Source: an uncultured Gemmatimonadales bacterium
GTDB lineage: Bacteria; Gemmatimonadota; Gemmatimonadetes; Palauibacterales; Palauibacteraceae
Direction of reading: 5' to 3'
Length of the DNA: 64,000 nt
Assembly (NCBI GenBank): GCA_963783385.1
Contig: CAWANJ010000003.1
Span: 320,001-384,000 of the forward strand
Each line of letters opens with the position of its first letter. The first letter of the stretch is position 1. A program made the position numbers and the translations under genes. The notes beneath the pieces are model-generated. The model saw nothing but the letters and a program-made list of their open reading frames with translations, did not search any database and was not told the DNA's origin. Shown one piece after another: positions 30,676 through 41,351 of this stretch.

Positions 30676-32316
30676 ATGATGCCCGATCCGGCGGGACAAC
30701 GGTCGGGCCGGAGAGCGCAGGTGGAACCGCGGGCCGCGGGCGGCGCCCCGGCGCGCGATCCCCTCGCCCGGGCAGCGCGGCGCTGGCCCGACGCGGTCGC
30801 CCTGGATGGACCGGACGGCACGCGCAGCTACGGGGAGCTCGAGGACGCCGCCACCGGGCTCGTGGGGCGGCTCCGGGAGGCGGGCCTCTCCCCGGAGCGG
30901 CGCGGCGGGCGAGGCACGGGCCCGGTGGCCTTCCTCCTCCCGAGGGGCCCGGCCGCGGTGGCCTGCCTGCACGCTGTGCCCCGCACCGGTGCGGCCGCCG
31001 CTCCCCTGCACCCCGGCTGGACGGAGCCGGAGCTCGGCGCGTACCTGTCCCGGCTCCGACCGGCGGCGCTGGTGTGCGGCGCGGAGACGCGCGAGCGGGC
31101 CGATGCCGTGTGCCCGTCCGGGACGGTGATCGTGCGGCTCGGGGACGGGTGGCCTCCGGCGGACGGTGCCGAGATCCTGGGCACGGGCCCACCGGACGCG
31201 GGCGGCCCCGCCCCCACGGTCCGGCTCCACACCATCCTGGCCACGTCGGGCTCCTCGGGTCGGCCCAAGGCGGCGGGGCTCACCCTGGAGAACCACCTGG
31301 CCTGCGCCGCCGCCACGGAGCGCCGCATGCTGCTCGGGCCCGCCGACCAATGGCTGGCCTCGCTGTCCCCGGCTCACGTGGGCGGCGTGGCGCTGGTGAT
31401 CCGGGCGGCGTGGACCGGTGCCGCCCTGGTGCTCCGGGAGAGCTTCGACGCCGAAGACGTGGCGGCGCTGATGGAGGAGGGCCGCGTGACCCACGCATCG
31501 CTGGTCCCCACCATGCTCGCCCGGCTGCTGGAGGCGCGGGCGGGTCGGCCGGCCCCCCTCACCCTGCGTGGCATCCTCCTGGGCGGGGACGCGGCGGCCC
31601 CCGGGCGGGTGGCGGCGGCGCAGGCGCTGGACTATCCACTGTTTCCCACCTACGGGCTCACCGAGGCGTCCTCGCAGGTGGCCACCGCGCGCCCCGAGGA
31701 GGCGCGGCGCTTCCCGGGCACGGTGGGGAGGCCCCTGGACGGCACCGACGTGCGCATCGGGGCGGGGGACGAGATCCTGGTGCGGGGGCCGACGGTGATG
31801 GCGGGTTACGTGTGGGGCCCGGAGTCGGCCGGCGGATCGGAGGATCTTGAGGACGCCGGGCGCGCCCCCGCAGGCGAGGCGCACGAGCCGTGGCGAACCG
31901 CCGACGGGTGGCTGCGCACCGGGGACGCCGGCCGGCTGGATGACGGGGGACGGTTGTGGGTGACGGGCCGACTGTCGAACCGGATCGTGTCGGGCGGCGT
32001 CACCGTGGATCCCTCCGAGGTGGAGTCCGTCCTCCGCGCCCACCCCGCGGTACGGGAGGCGGCCGTCGTGGGGCTGCCCGACCCCGAATGGGGCGAGCGC
32101 GTGGCCGCCGCGGTCGTGCCGTCCGCGGCGCACGGCGGAGGAGCCTACGGGGCTCCGTCCGCGGCCGTTCGCGCCCTCGTGGCGGCGCTCGAGTCGCACT
32201 GCCGGGGACGGCTGGCGTCAGCCAAGCGGCCGCGGCGCCTGGCCGTGGTGGAGGGGCTCCCCCGCAACCCCAACGGCAAGGTGGACCGGGCCGCCGTGCG
32301 GAGGCTGTTCGACTGA
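30676..32316 (+). CDS. menE: o-succinylbenzoate-CoA ligase
   Basis: TSGSSGRPK, HVGG, YGLTEASSQV, TGDAG, IVSGG..V.P.EVE, DPEWGE, LPRNPNGKVDR; men gene context. Confidence 0.85.
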   Translation: MMPDPAGQRSGRRAQVEPRAAGGAPARDPLARAARRWPDAVALDGPDGTRSYGELEDAATGLVGRLREAGLSPERRGGRGTGPVAFLLPRGPAAVACLHAVPRTGAAAAPLHPGWTEPELGAYLSRLRPAALVCGAETRERADAVCPSGTVIVRLGDGWPPADGAEILGTGPPDAGGPAPTVRLHTILATSGSSGRPKAAGLTLENHLACAAATERRMLLGPADQWLASLSPAHVGGVALVIRAAWTGAALVLRESFDAEDVAALMEEGRVTHASLVPTMLARLLEARAGRPAPLTLRGILLGGDAAAPGRVAAAQALDYPLFPTYGLTEASSQVATARPEEARRFPGTVGRPLDGTDVRIGAGDEILVRGPTVMAGYVWGPESAGGSEDLEDAGRAPAGEAHEPWRTADGWLRTGDAGRLDDGGRLWVTGRLSNRIVSGGVTVDPSEVESVLRAHPAVREAAVVGLPDPEWGERVAAAVVPSAAHGGGAYGAPSAAVRALVAALESHCRGRLASAKRPRRLAVVEGLPRNPNGKVDRAAVRRLFD

Positions 32317-32454
32317 TCTGACGGGCGCCGCGGCGACCTTGCGGTGCGGGCGCCGGACCCGGATCCTGCGCTGGACAGAGGGGCGGTCGCTCCGGCGGCC
32401 GCCCCCATCCACGAACCCCCCGGGCCCCCGCAGGCCCGCACCCGGGAGAGCCGC

Positions 32455-33126
32455 ATGCGTCCCGCCCGTTTCGCCTTCGGCCTCCTCCTGATCGGCTCCG
32501 CCATCGCCCCCCTCCGGGCGCAGATGGCCGCCGGTGCGCCCCGCTTCGACCCGGGGCCGTGGTCCATGGAAGCGAGGGCGGGTCTGGTGTGGCCGGCCGG
32601 CGTCCTGGCCGACTTCGAGCGCATGGCCGGCGGCGCGGGCTTCGGCGTGGACTACCGGGTTCTCCCGCGCGTGGGCGTGCGCTTGGACGCCGGCGTGGAC
32701 TTCCTCCTGGGGCGCGAGGCGCCCTTTCCGGATCTCCTGAGCGCCAAGGTCCCGAGCATGACCCTGTGGAACGTGCGCGTGGGCCCCGTCATCTGGCTCA
32801 CGCCGCCGGACGGCTCGACGCTGCAGGCGAGCGTGGCCCTGCTGGGCGGAGCGACCATCATGGACACCGACGACTCGGGCCTGCTGGCCACGCCCGATGG
32901 GAACCGTGACTTCACGCACACTTATCCCGGAATCGACGGCGTCGTCTGGGTGGGTCTCCGGGTGGGTCCCCAGGTGGTGGTGTTCCTGTCCGGCCGGGCC
33001 CGCGGCGTGTTCACCTCCCGCACGGACACCGGGGTGTTCAGCCGGCTCAGTACCAGGGTCGACGGTGCGGGCTTCTCGTCCGCCTGGGTGTTCCCGCTCC
33101 AGGGCGGAGTGCGCATCCTGTTCTGA
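32455..33126 (+). CDS. Small outer-membrane beta-barrel protein, paralog of 29183-29842
   Basis: Signal peptide; shares LTPPD, GAT.MDT, DFT.TY, DTGVFS, GFSS...FP.Q.GVR..F with the 29183 gene. Confidence 0.7.
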   Translation: MRPARFAFGLLLIGSAIAPLRAQMAAGAPRFDPGPWSMEARAGLVWPAGVLADFERMAGGAGFGVDYRVLPRVGVRLDAGVDFLLGREAPFPDLLSAKVPSMTLWNVRVGPVIWLTPPDGSTLQASVALLGGATIMDTDDSGLLATPDGNRDFTHTYPGIDGVVWVGLRVGPQVVVFLSGRARGVFTSRTDTGVFSRLSTRVDGAGFSSAWVFPLQGGVRILF

Positions 33127-33289
33127 GCGTGGTCGGCCGAACCACCCCGCGATCGGACCTCGTCCGAGTCTTGCCGGTAAATTCCTTGCAGCAGAAGAAC
33201 CGGAGACCTTCACGATCGCGGAGTCGGGCGCACCGGGCGGGGCGACGCACGCGCCGCCCGGGCCTGGACCTGCCATACACGGGGTACCG

Positions 33290-36182
33290 TTGAGCGAACA
33301 GAGCGGGGAATCCCGGGCGGAGGCCCGGGCCGATGGATACAACGCCGGCTACGCGGAGCAGCTCTACGAGCGCAGGCTGCGCGATCAGGGCCTGATTCCG
33401 CCGTCCCTGGCGGACTGGGTGGAGAACGGCGCCCGGTCGGCCGCCGGGGCCCAGCCGGCCGTGGAGGCTCCGGCCCGGGTGTCGGCCGACCGGCTGCGCG
33501 CGGCGGCGCGGGCGGCGGCGCTGGTGGAGGCCTACCGGGAGCTGGGCCACTTCGCGGCCCGGCTGGATCCGCTGGGCTCGGACCCCGGCGGTCATCCGAT
33601 GCTGAAGCCGGAGTTCCACGGCATCGGGCCGGACGAGCTGGCCGGGATCCCGGCGGCCGCCCTCGGGCTGGAGCGCCTTGGCCGTACGGCCGCCGAGGTA
33701 ATCGACCGGCTGCGCGAGATCTACTGCGGGCCGATCGGCTACGAGCTGGGCCACGTCGAGAACCCGGCCGAGCGCGACTGGCTGGTCGACTACATCGAAT
33801 CGGGACGCCACCGGGTCGAGCTGTCGGCCGAGCAGGCCGCGTCGCTGCTGGACCGGCTCACGCAGGTCGAGGGGCTGGAGCGCTTCCTCCAGCGCGCCTA
33901 CCTGGGCAAGAAGCGCTTCTCGATCGAGGGCCTGGACATGATGGTCCCGATGCTGGACGAGGCGCTGCGCCGCGCGGCCGCCTCGGGCACCCGCGAGATG
34001 ATGCTCGGGATGTCCCATCGCGGCCGCCTCAACGTGCTGGCCCACATCATCGGCCGGCCCTACGAGGCCATCATCTCCGAGTTCGAGGACCAGGCCGGCG
34101 AGGGCGTGGCCCGGCTGGTCCCGACCGACGGGACCGGGGACGTGAAGTACCACCTGGGCGCGGCCGGCGTGGCCCACACGGAAGCGGGCGACCTGGACGT
34201 GTACATGGCACCCAACCCCAGCCACCTGGAGCACGTGGACCCGGTGGTCGAGGGCATGGCCAGGGCGGCGCGCGACCTGAGGCGGCGCGGCGAGCGGGGG
34301 AGCGAGGAGACGCGCACGGCCGATGCCGCCCCCGACGCGCAGCCCGTGCTCCCGATCCTCGTCCACGGCGACGCCGCGTTCATGGGCGAGGGCGTGGCGG
34401 CCGAGACCCTGAACCTGTGCCGGCTGCCCGGTTACGAGACGGGCGGAACCCTCCACATCATCGCCGACAACCAGCTCGGCTTCACCACCAACCCGCGGGA
34501 CGGGCGCTCGACGCGCTACGCCAGCGACATCGCCATCGGCTTCCGGATCCCGGTGGTGCACGTGAACGCGGACGACCCCGAGGCTTGCCTGGCGGCGGCG
34601 GAGCTTGCGTTCGAGTACCGGCGCGAGTTCGGGCAGGACATGATGATCGACCTGGTGGGCTACCGGCGGCACGGCCACAACGAGGGCGACGAGCCGGGCT
34701 ACACGCAGCCGGCCATGTACCGGGCCATCGACGAGCATCCGACCGTGCGTGCCCTGTGGGCCGACCGGCTGGCGAAGGCGGGGACCGTCTCCGAAGAGGA
34801 GGCCTCGGCCATGGAGGACCGGGTGGCCGAGCGGCTCCAGTCCGCGCGGGAGCGCGTGCAGGCGGGCGGCCCGTCCGGCGGGGAGCAGCCCCCGGCCTCC
34901 GGCCAGCCCTCGGCGGCGGAGCGTGCGCTCACGGCCGGGCTGACCGAGCTGGACGATCCGTCGGAGGTCGACACCGCGGTGTCCGAGGAGCGCCTCCTGG
35001 AGCTGGACCGGGGCATCCACGCCTGGCCGGACGACTTCGAGCTGTTCCAGAAGCTGGGCCGCCAGCTCGACAAGCGCCGGAAGGCCCTCACCGAGGGCGA
35101 ACCGCTCGACTGGGCCCACGCCGAGGCACTCGCCTTCGCCGCCCTGGTGACCGACGGCGTCCCGGTGCGGCTCAGCGGGGAAGACACCGAGCGAGGCACG
35201 TTCAGCCAGCGCCACCTGGTCCTGCACGCCGCCGATGGCTCGCGGAGCTGGGTGCCGCTCGAGCACCTGTCGGAGGACCAGGCGCCCTTCGCCGTGTGGA
35301 ACAGCCCCCTGTCGGAGGTGGCGGCGCTGGGCTTCGAGTACGGCTACAGCACGATCGCCACGGACGGCCTGGCGCTGTGGGAAGCGCAGTTCGGCGACTT
35401 CGCCAACGTGGGCCAGGCCATCATCGACCAGTTCATCGCCGCCGGACGCTCCAAGTGGGGCCAGGAGTCCAGGCTGGGCCTCCTCCTGCCGCACGCCTAC
35501 GAGGGCCAGGGGCCGGAGCACTCGAGCGCGCGGTTGGAGCGCTACCTCCAGCTCGCCGGCCGGGGCAACCTGAGGGTCACGTACCCGACCACGCCCGCCC
35601 AGTACTTCCACCTCCTGCGGCTCCAGGCCCTGCGCACCGCGCGGCGCCCGCTCGTGGTGATGACGCCCAAGAGCCTCCTGCGCCATCCCAGGGCCCGCTC
35701 CCCCCTGGCCGAGTTCACCGGGGGACGCTTCCGGCCCCTGCTGGCCGAGGACGGGGCGGCCGCCGGGGGATCGGGAGACGGTCCGGTGGCCGGGCGCCTC
35801 ATCCTGTGCTCCGGGAAGGTCTACTACGACCTGTCCGAGTCCGACGCCCGCCAGGAGGCGGCGGAGCGGGATGGAGCGCCCACCCCGGTCCTGCGGATGG
35901 AAGAGCTCTACCCGTTCCCGGAGGCGGCCGTCCGGCGGGCGCTGGAGGGGCACGAGGGGCTCCGGGAAGTGGTGTGGGCCCAGGAGGAGCCGGAGAACAT
36001 GGGGGCCTGGACCTTCGTGCGGCCCCGCTTCGAAGCGCTGCTTCCCGAGGGCGTCGGCCTGCGCTACGCGGGCCGGCCCGAGAATGGCCAGCCCGGCCGA
36101 GGGCTACCACGCCGACCACGACCGGGAGCAGCGGCGCATCGTGCGGGCGGCGTTCGACCTGGAGGCCGGTGACGCGGCCTGA
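33290..36182 (+). CDS. sucA: 2-oxoglutarate dehydrogenase E1 component, frameshift near 36085
   Basis: KRFSIEG, GMSHRGRLNVL, GDVKYHLG, NPSHLE, HGDAAF, GHNEGDEP, RGTFSQRH, WEAQFGDFAN, EGQGPEHSSAR, QEEPENMG. TTG start inferred. Confidence 0.93.
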
Positions 36183-37018
36183 CGGCCGCCCGCTCGCCCT
36201 CGCCCTCCTCCTGCTGGGCGTCGCCGCTCCGGCCGGCGCCCAGAATGCGCCGCGATCCGGCCGTCCCCAACGCCTCGGCCGCCCGCGCCGGCGAGCTCCT
36301 GCTCGGGGCCGGGCTCGGCTGGGACGGCGACCGGAGCTTCCCGCTCTCCGGGCTGCGAGGGGACCTCCTGCGCGTGGGCACCCTGACCGTGGCCTACGCG
36401 GTCGCCGACGGCGTCCTGCTCGAGGTGCAGGGCGATGCCTGGCACGTGCTCCGCATCCACGGCCGCGGACCCTCGCACGTGCCTCTGGCGCCCGGCGTCG
36501 CCGACGGGACCACGACGGACGCCGGCGACTTCCGCATCGCCACCGTGGCGCGGCTCGTGGGAGGCGCGACGGGGCCGTCGGCCGGAGTGGACGTGGCCGT
36601 CAAGCTGCCCAACTCCCAGCAGTCCCGTGGCATCGGGCTCAACACCACGGACTTCGAGGGCAGCGCCTTCGGGAGCTGGGGGGGCGAGCGCGTGCGGGTC
36701 ACCGGGGAGGTCGGGATCGGGATCCTGACGGCGCCGCTGCGCACCTTCATCCAGGACGACGTGCTCCTGTACGGGGCCGAGCTGCTGTGGGATCCGGACG
36801 GCGCCGGCGGCCTTCCGCGCCTGGCGATCGGGGTGCGCGGGCGGGCCAACACGCGCCACGTGGTGCCCGTGGGCCTCGAGGACGAGGGGACGGCCTCGGT
36901 GGGATTGGACTGGGAGCGGGGAGGGTGGCTGGTGGACGGGTCGGTGCTGGCGGGCTACACGGCCGACAGTCCCGACTTCGGGGTGCGGGTGGGGATCGCC
37001 CGAATCCTGCGGCTGTAG
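36169..37018 (+). CDS. Putative outer-membrane transporter/beta-barrel protein, frameshift near 36245
   Basis: Signal peptide LALALLLLGVAAPAGA-Q, then TTDAGD, VKLPNS...GIGLNTTDF and amphipathic strands. Confidence 0.55.
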
Positions 37019-37095
37019 GGAAGCGGCCACACCCGGGCCGCGGCGCCTTCGGGGCCGCGGCCGGGAGGGGCCGATGGACTAGCGGTGGGTCCTCA

Positions 37096-37395
37096 CTAGT
37101 GGATCCGGCGCTTGATCGTACGGGCCATGCTCTGCAGGTCGTCCACGATCTCGGAGTGCAGCGCCTCGATCTCCTCCCGCGGACCGCCGGCCTTCTTGAT
37201 GTCCTGGAGCTTCTTCTCGGACTCGTCGTACTTGGCCTCGAGCCGGTCGACCATCGCCTTGATGCGGACCTTGGTGGCGGCTCTCGCGTCTCCGATCTCG
37301 GTGCGGAGCTCGGCCGCCCGGTCCTTGAACTTGGCCAGGTTCGCCTCGGTTCTCTCGATGAGCTGATCGATCTGCGCGCTGGTGGTTGAGCTCAT
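37096..37395 (-). CDS. Small coiled-coil hypothetical protein
   Basis: 99 aa, charged heptad pattern, GAGG RBS, GC3-biased codons. Confidence 0.65.
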   Translation of the reverse strand: MSSTTSAQIDQLIERTEANLAKFKDRAAELRTEIGDARAATKVRIKAMVDRLEAKYDESEKKLQDIKKAGGPREEIEALHSEIVDDLQSMARTIKRRIH

Positions 37396-37555
37396 GTTTT
37401 GGTTCCTCTCTCCGACCCAATGACTGCCTACTGCGGGGCGCGGACCGCCGCGACGGGCCGCGCCGCTCTGCCGAACGCTTCGGACAGGCTCCTCCTACAA
37501 CATGCGGGGAGGATCTGCTCCAGGGGAAGCCCCCCCGGGGACGGCAGCCCCTCCG

Positions 37556-38836
37556 TCAGGGACCGTGGTGGGCTCTGCCGGGCAGGGTCTCCCGGATCGG
37601 GAGCTTGGGGAAGGTGCTGGAGAACAGCGAGTAGCACAGCCCGAACAGGCCGATGAATCCGATCGAGATGGTCAGCTCGATCCAGCCGAGCGGAATGCCC
37701 GTCCCGTGCCAGGTCGCCGGCGCGACCTCCAGGAAGCGCTCCAGCCAGAACCCGAGCAGGATGATCACGCCCACGAAGGCCAGCCAGCCCGAGCGCATCT
37801 TGGGCTTGCGGCCCAGGAGGAGGAAGAAGGGCAGGGCGAAGCACAGGATCATCTGCACGGCGTAAAGGCCGTACCAGTGCCCGGCCACGCGCTGCTCGAA
37901 GTAGATGGTCTCGCGCGACAGGTTGCCGTACCAGATGACCAGGAACTGGGACCACCAGAAGTAGGTCCAGAAGATCGTGAACGCGAACATCAGCTTGCCG
38001 AGGTCGTGGAACTCCCACTTCCCCCACGCGTCCGACAGGTCGTAGCGCCGGTGGTACCGGTTGGCCAGGACCGCCGTGAGGGCCAGCATGGAGAGCCAGC
38101 CGCCCACGAAGAAGTAGGCGCCCCAGATGATGCTGATGAAGCCCGGGACGAGCGACATGATGAGGTCGATCGCCATGAGCGTGAAGACGACGGCCCACAG
38201 GAGGATGAGGATGGGCCCGAAGCGCGCCAGGTCCCGGGTGGCAGCCCGGACCTCGGCGTCGTCCCCTCGCCACCGGCGGCCGATCCACTTGACCAGGCCG
38301 CGGCGCCACCCGGTGAGGCGCTCGGCCACCATGGGCGCGTCGGGCCGCAGCGAGTGCCTCAGGTAGGCGAAGCTGGCCACGTAGAGCACCAGGGCCAGGA
38401 TCGTGTTGCGCCAGAACACGCCGCCCTGGGTGAGCCAGGTGTGGTTGACGTGGCCGCGGTGCGGCCCCATGGGGCCGATCCAGGGGAAGACGTGCGTGGA
38501 CCCGAACAGCAGCATCAGGACCAGGAGGACCAGCGAGGCGGGCAGGAACGCCGCCATCCCCTCGGAGATCCTCCGGAAGCACTTCCCCCAGTGCCCCTTG
38601 GCGGTGTGCAGCACGGCGCCGAAAATGACGCCGGCCTCCGCCAGGGAGCTCCAGAACAGGAAGTTGGACCAGATCACCTCCCATACGCGGGTCGGGTGGC
38701 TTCCCACCGTCCAGAAGAAGCCCACCACCCCGATGGCGATGGCGATCCAACAGGCCAGCAGCGTCCGTCCGGAGATCTTCCCCGGAATGGTCGACAGGGC
38801 CTTCTCGGGCGTCACCTTATACGTGTCGGAGCTCAA
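37556..38836 (-). CDS. actF: Alternative complex III membrane subunit F
   Basis: Multi-TM; DLIMSLVPGFIS, HDLGKLMFAFTIFWTY..WSQFLVIWYGNL..ET. Confidence 0.88.
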   Translation of the reverse strand: MSSDTYKVTPEKALSTIPGKISGRTLLACWIAIAIGVVGFFWTVGSHPTRVWEVIWSNFLFWSSLAEAGVIFGAVLHTAKGHWGKCFRRISEGMAAFLPASLVLLVLMLLFGSTHVFPWIGPMGPHRGHVNHTWLTQGGVFWRNTILALVLYVASFAYLRHSLRPDAPMVAERLTGWRRGLVKWIGRRWRGDDAEVRAATRDLARFGPILILLWAVVFTLMAIDLIMSLVPGFISIIWGAYFFVGGWLSMLALTAVLANRYHRRYDLSDAWGKWEFHDLGKLMFAFTIFWTYFWWSQFLVIWYGNLSRETIYFEQRVAGHWYGLYAVQMILCFALPFFLLLGRKPKMRSGWLAFVGVIILLGFWLERFLEVAPATWHGTGIPLGWIELTISIGFIGLFGLCYSLFSSTFPKLPIRETLPGRAHHGP

Positions 38837-38891
38837 GATCGTCCGCTCGCCTCTGGTGGGTTCGCTCCGTCGCTCACTTCGTCGCCGCCGT

Positions 38892-39497
38892 TCACCGGGT
38901 CCCCGAAGCCGATCCCGAGGCCGCCGAGTCGGCCGCCACCTTCTGCAGGTGCCGGACGTACTCGACCACGTACCAGCGCTGGTCGGGCGGGATGCGGTCG
39001 TAGGAGGGCATGAGCCCGCGTCCGTTGGAGATCATCCCCCACAGGTAGCCGTCCGAGCGCGCCGTGGCCGGTCCGGTGGCCAGGTTCACGGCCGGAATGT
39101 AGGGGATGCGCCGCGGATTCTTGCCGTCCCTGTTGATCACGGGCCCGCTGCCCGTGCCGTCCACGCCGTGGCACGGGAGGCAGAAGTTCTCGAACATCTG
39201 CTTCCCCCGGGCCAGCTCGGCGGGCGTGCCGGCGAGCGGGTTCCTGGCCAGGCTGTCCGCCTGCAGGAGGCCCAGGTGCCAGGTGGCACCGGTGGCCACG
39301 GCTCCGGCCGGGGGCTCCTTGGGCTGCTGCTCGAACGTCTCGACCGAGGGCTGCTGCGTCATCGTGGAGAAGTAGGGAATCGCCTTGACGATGTTGTCGC
39401 AGCCCGCCGCCAGGAGCACCAGGGCCAGCGGGAGCGCCAGGCGCCGCCACGCGGCCGCGCGTCCGGCCCCGCCGCCGTGCGTGCCGGGCCCGCTCAC
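38892..39497 (-). CDS. actE: Alternative complex III monoheme cytochrome c lipoprotein
   Basis: Lipobox AAG-C; M..QPS..TFE, CLPCHG..G.G.G, GRGLMPSY, RWYVVEYVRHLQ. Confidence 0.85.
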   Translation of the reverse strand: MSGPGTHGGGAGRAAAWRRLALPLALVLLAAGCDNIVKAIPYFSTMTQQPSVETFEQQPKEPPAGAVATGATWHLGLLQADSLARNPLAGTPAELARGKQMFENFCLPCHGVDGTGSGPVINRDGKNPRRIPYIPAVNLATGPATARSDGYLWGMISNGRGLMPSYDRIPPDQRWYVVEYVRHLQKVAADSAASGSASGTR

Positions 39498-40006
39498 GCC
39501 TCCACCTCCACGGCCTCGGTCTCCCGCACCTTGTCGAGGGCCCGGTCGCGGTTCCGGTCGTCGACCGGGACGAAGATGCCCCACCGGTCGACGCTGAACA
39601 CGGCCCGGTAGGCGGGCGACAGCTTGAGCTTGGGTCGGTGGGCGTGGACCATCCAGGAGAACATCGCGAACAGGCCCGTATACAGGATCGTGAGCTCGAA
39701 CATGATGACGATGAAAGGCGGCCACGAGACGATCGGCTTCCCCTGTCCGATGAGCGGATAGGCCAGCGACGTCCCGATGGTCAGCAGGTTGGCCGTGGTG
39801 AAGCCCGTGATGCCGCCGATGAGCGCCCAGCGGCGCACCGGACTGGAATGGATGCCCAGCGCCTCCTCGAGCTCGGGGCACATCACGGGCGAGAACACCT
39901 CGAGATCGTCGAAGCCCGCCTCGCGCAGCGTCTCAATGGCCCGCCGCGTCCCATCGATGGACTCGTAGTGGGCCAGCACGCCGCTCACGTTCGCCGGTTC
40001 AGCCAT
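39494..40006 (-). CDS. actD: Alternative complex III subunit D (DUF3341)
   Basis: EVFSP, GKPIVSWPPFIVIMFELTIL, two TM helices. Confidence 0.88.
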   Translation of the reverse strand: MAEPANVSGVLAHYESIDGTRRAIETLREAGFDDLEVFSPVMCPELEEALGIHSSPVRRWALIGGITGFTTANLLTIGTSLAYPLIGQGKPIVSWPPFIVIMFELTILYTGLFAMFSWMVHAHRPKLKLSPAYRAVFSVDRWGIFVPVDDRNRDRALDKVRETEAVEVEA

Positions 40007-41342
40007 GCTCGTGGGCTCCCTGGTGCGCCAGGTGCTCCTTCACCTCGGCGATGCTGATCGTCGGGAGCGCCTTGGTGAACAGCAGGAACCAGAAGAAGAA
40101 CCAGGCGAAGCTGCCGACGATGATACTGATCTCCACCCAGGACGGCCGGTAGAAGCCCCAGCTGTAGGGCTCGTACTCGTGCGCCAGCGAGGAGACGATG
40201 ATCACGTAACGCTCGTAGAACATGCCGATGTTCACGAAGATCGACACGACGAAGGCCGCCGAGGCGCTGCGCCGCACCTTCTTGAACCACAGGGTGGCCG
40301 GCACGATCACGTTGCAGAACGTCATGACCCAGAACGGTCCCTGGAAGGACCCGTGGGCCCGGAAGAACAGGCTCGCCTGCTCGGTGGGATCGGCCGAGTA
40401 GTAGGTGATGAAGTACTCGGCCGCGTACGAGTACGCCACGATCAGGGACGTGAGCAGGATGAGCTTCGACATGTTGTCGAAGTGGTAGTCGGTGATGTAG
40501 TCCTCGAGCCCGAACGCCCACCGCATGGGCACGAGGATCGTGATCACCATCGCCATCCCCGAGAAGATGGCCCCGGCCACGAAGTAGGGGGCGAAGATCG
40601 TCGAGTGCCACCCCGGCACGATCGCCATCGCGAAGTCCCACGACACCACGCTGTGCACCGACAGCACCAGGGGCGTCGCGATGGCGGCCATGTACAGGTA
40701 GGCCCGCCGGTAGTGGCTCCACTCGCGGACCGTGCCCTGCCAGCCCACCGAGAACAGGCCGTACACCTTGCTCTTCCAGCCCCGGAGCCGGTCGCGGATG
40801 GCGGCCAGGTCCGGGATCATCCCCGTGTACCAGAACAGGAGGCTGATCGTGAAGTAGGTCCCGACCGCGAACACGTCCCACACGAGCGGGGACTTGAAGT
40901 TGGGCCAGATGAAGCGCTCGGACGGGTAGGGGATCAGCCAGTAGAAGTACCAGGTGCGCCCCAGGTGGATCAGCGGAAACAGGCCCGCCGTCATCACCGC
41001 GAAGATCGTCATGGCCTCGGCGGCGCGGTTGATCGTGGTGCGCCACCCGGACCGGAACAGGTAGAGGATCGCCGAGATCAGCGTCCCCGAGTGCGCGATG
41101 CCCACCCAGAACACGAAGGCGGTGATGTAGACGGCCCACATCACCGGGTGGGAGTAGCCGGCCACGCCCAGCCCCTGCCCGACCTGCCAGGCCCAGGCGA
41201 TGCAGCCCCACACCACGAGGGCGAACACGAACGCCAGCAGGGTCCAGTACCGCCACGATGAGACCATGATGGGACGCATGATGTCCCGGTTCGCGTCGGC
41301 GAGGGTCAGCCCTCGTTCCTCCGTATCCCAGTGGTCGGCCAT
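39999..41342 (-). CDS. actC: Alternative complex III quinol-oxidising subunit C (NrfD family)
   Basis: FVFWVGIAHSGTLISAIL, RAAEAMTIFA, IHLGR, NFKSPLVWD, PLVLSVHSVVSWDFA, WHSTIFAPYFVAGAIFSG. Confidence 0.93.
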   Translation of the reverse strand: MADHWDTEERGLTLADANRDIMRPIMVSSWRYWTLLAFVFALVVWGCIAWAWQVGQGLGVAGYSHPVMWAVYITAFVFWVGIAHSGTLISAILYLFRSGWRTTINRAAEAMTIFAVMTAGLFPLIHLGRTWYFYWLIPYPSERFIWPNFKSPLVWDVFAVGTYFTISLLFWYTGMIPDLAAIRDRLRGWKSKVYGLFSVGWQGTVREWSHYRRAYLYMAAIATPLVLSVHSVVSWDFAMAIVPGWHSTIFAPYFVAGAIFSGMAMVITILVPMRWAFGLEDYITDYHFDNMSKLILLTSLIVAYSYAAEYFITYYSADPTEQASLFFRAHGSFQGPFWVMTFCNVIVPATLWFKKVRRSASAAFVVSIFVNIGMFYERYVIIVSSLAHEYEPYSWGFYRPSWVEISIIVGSFAWFFFWFLLFTKALPTISIAEVKEHLAHQGAHEHG

Positions 41343-41351
41343 GCGTCCTCG

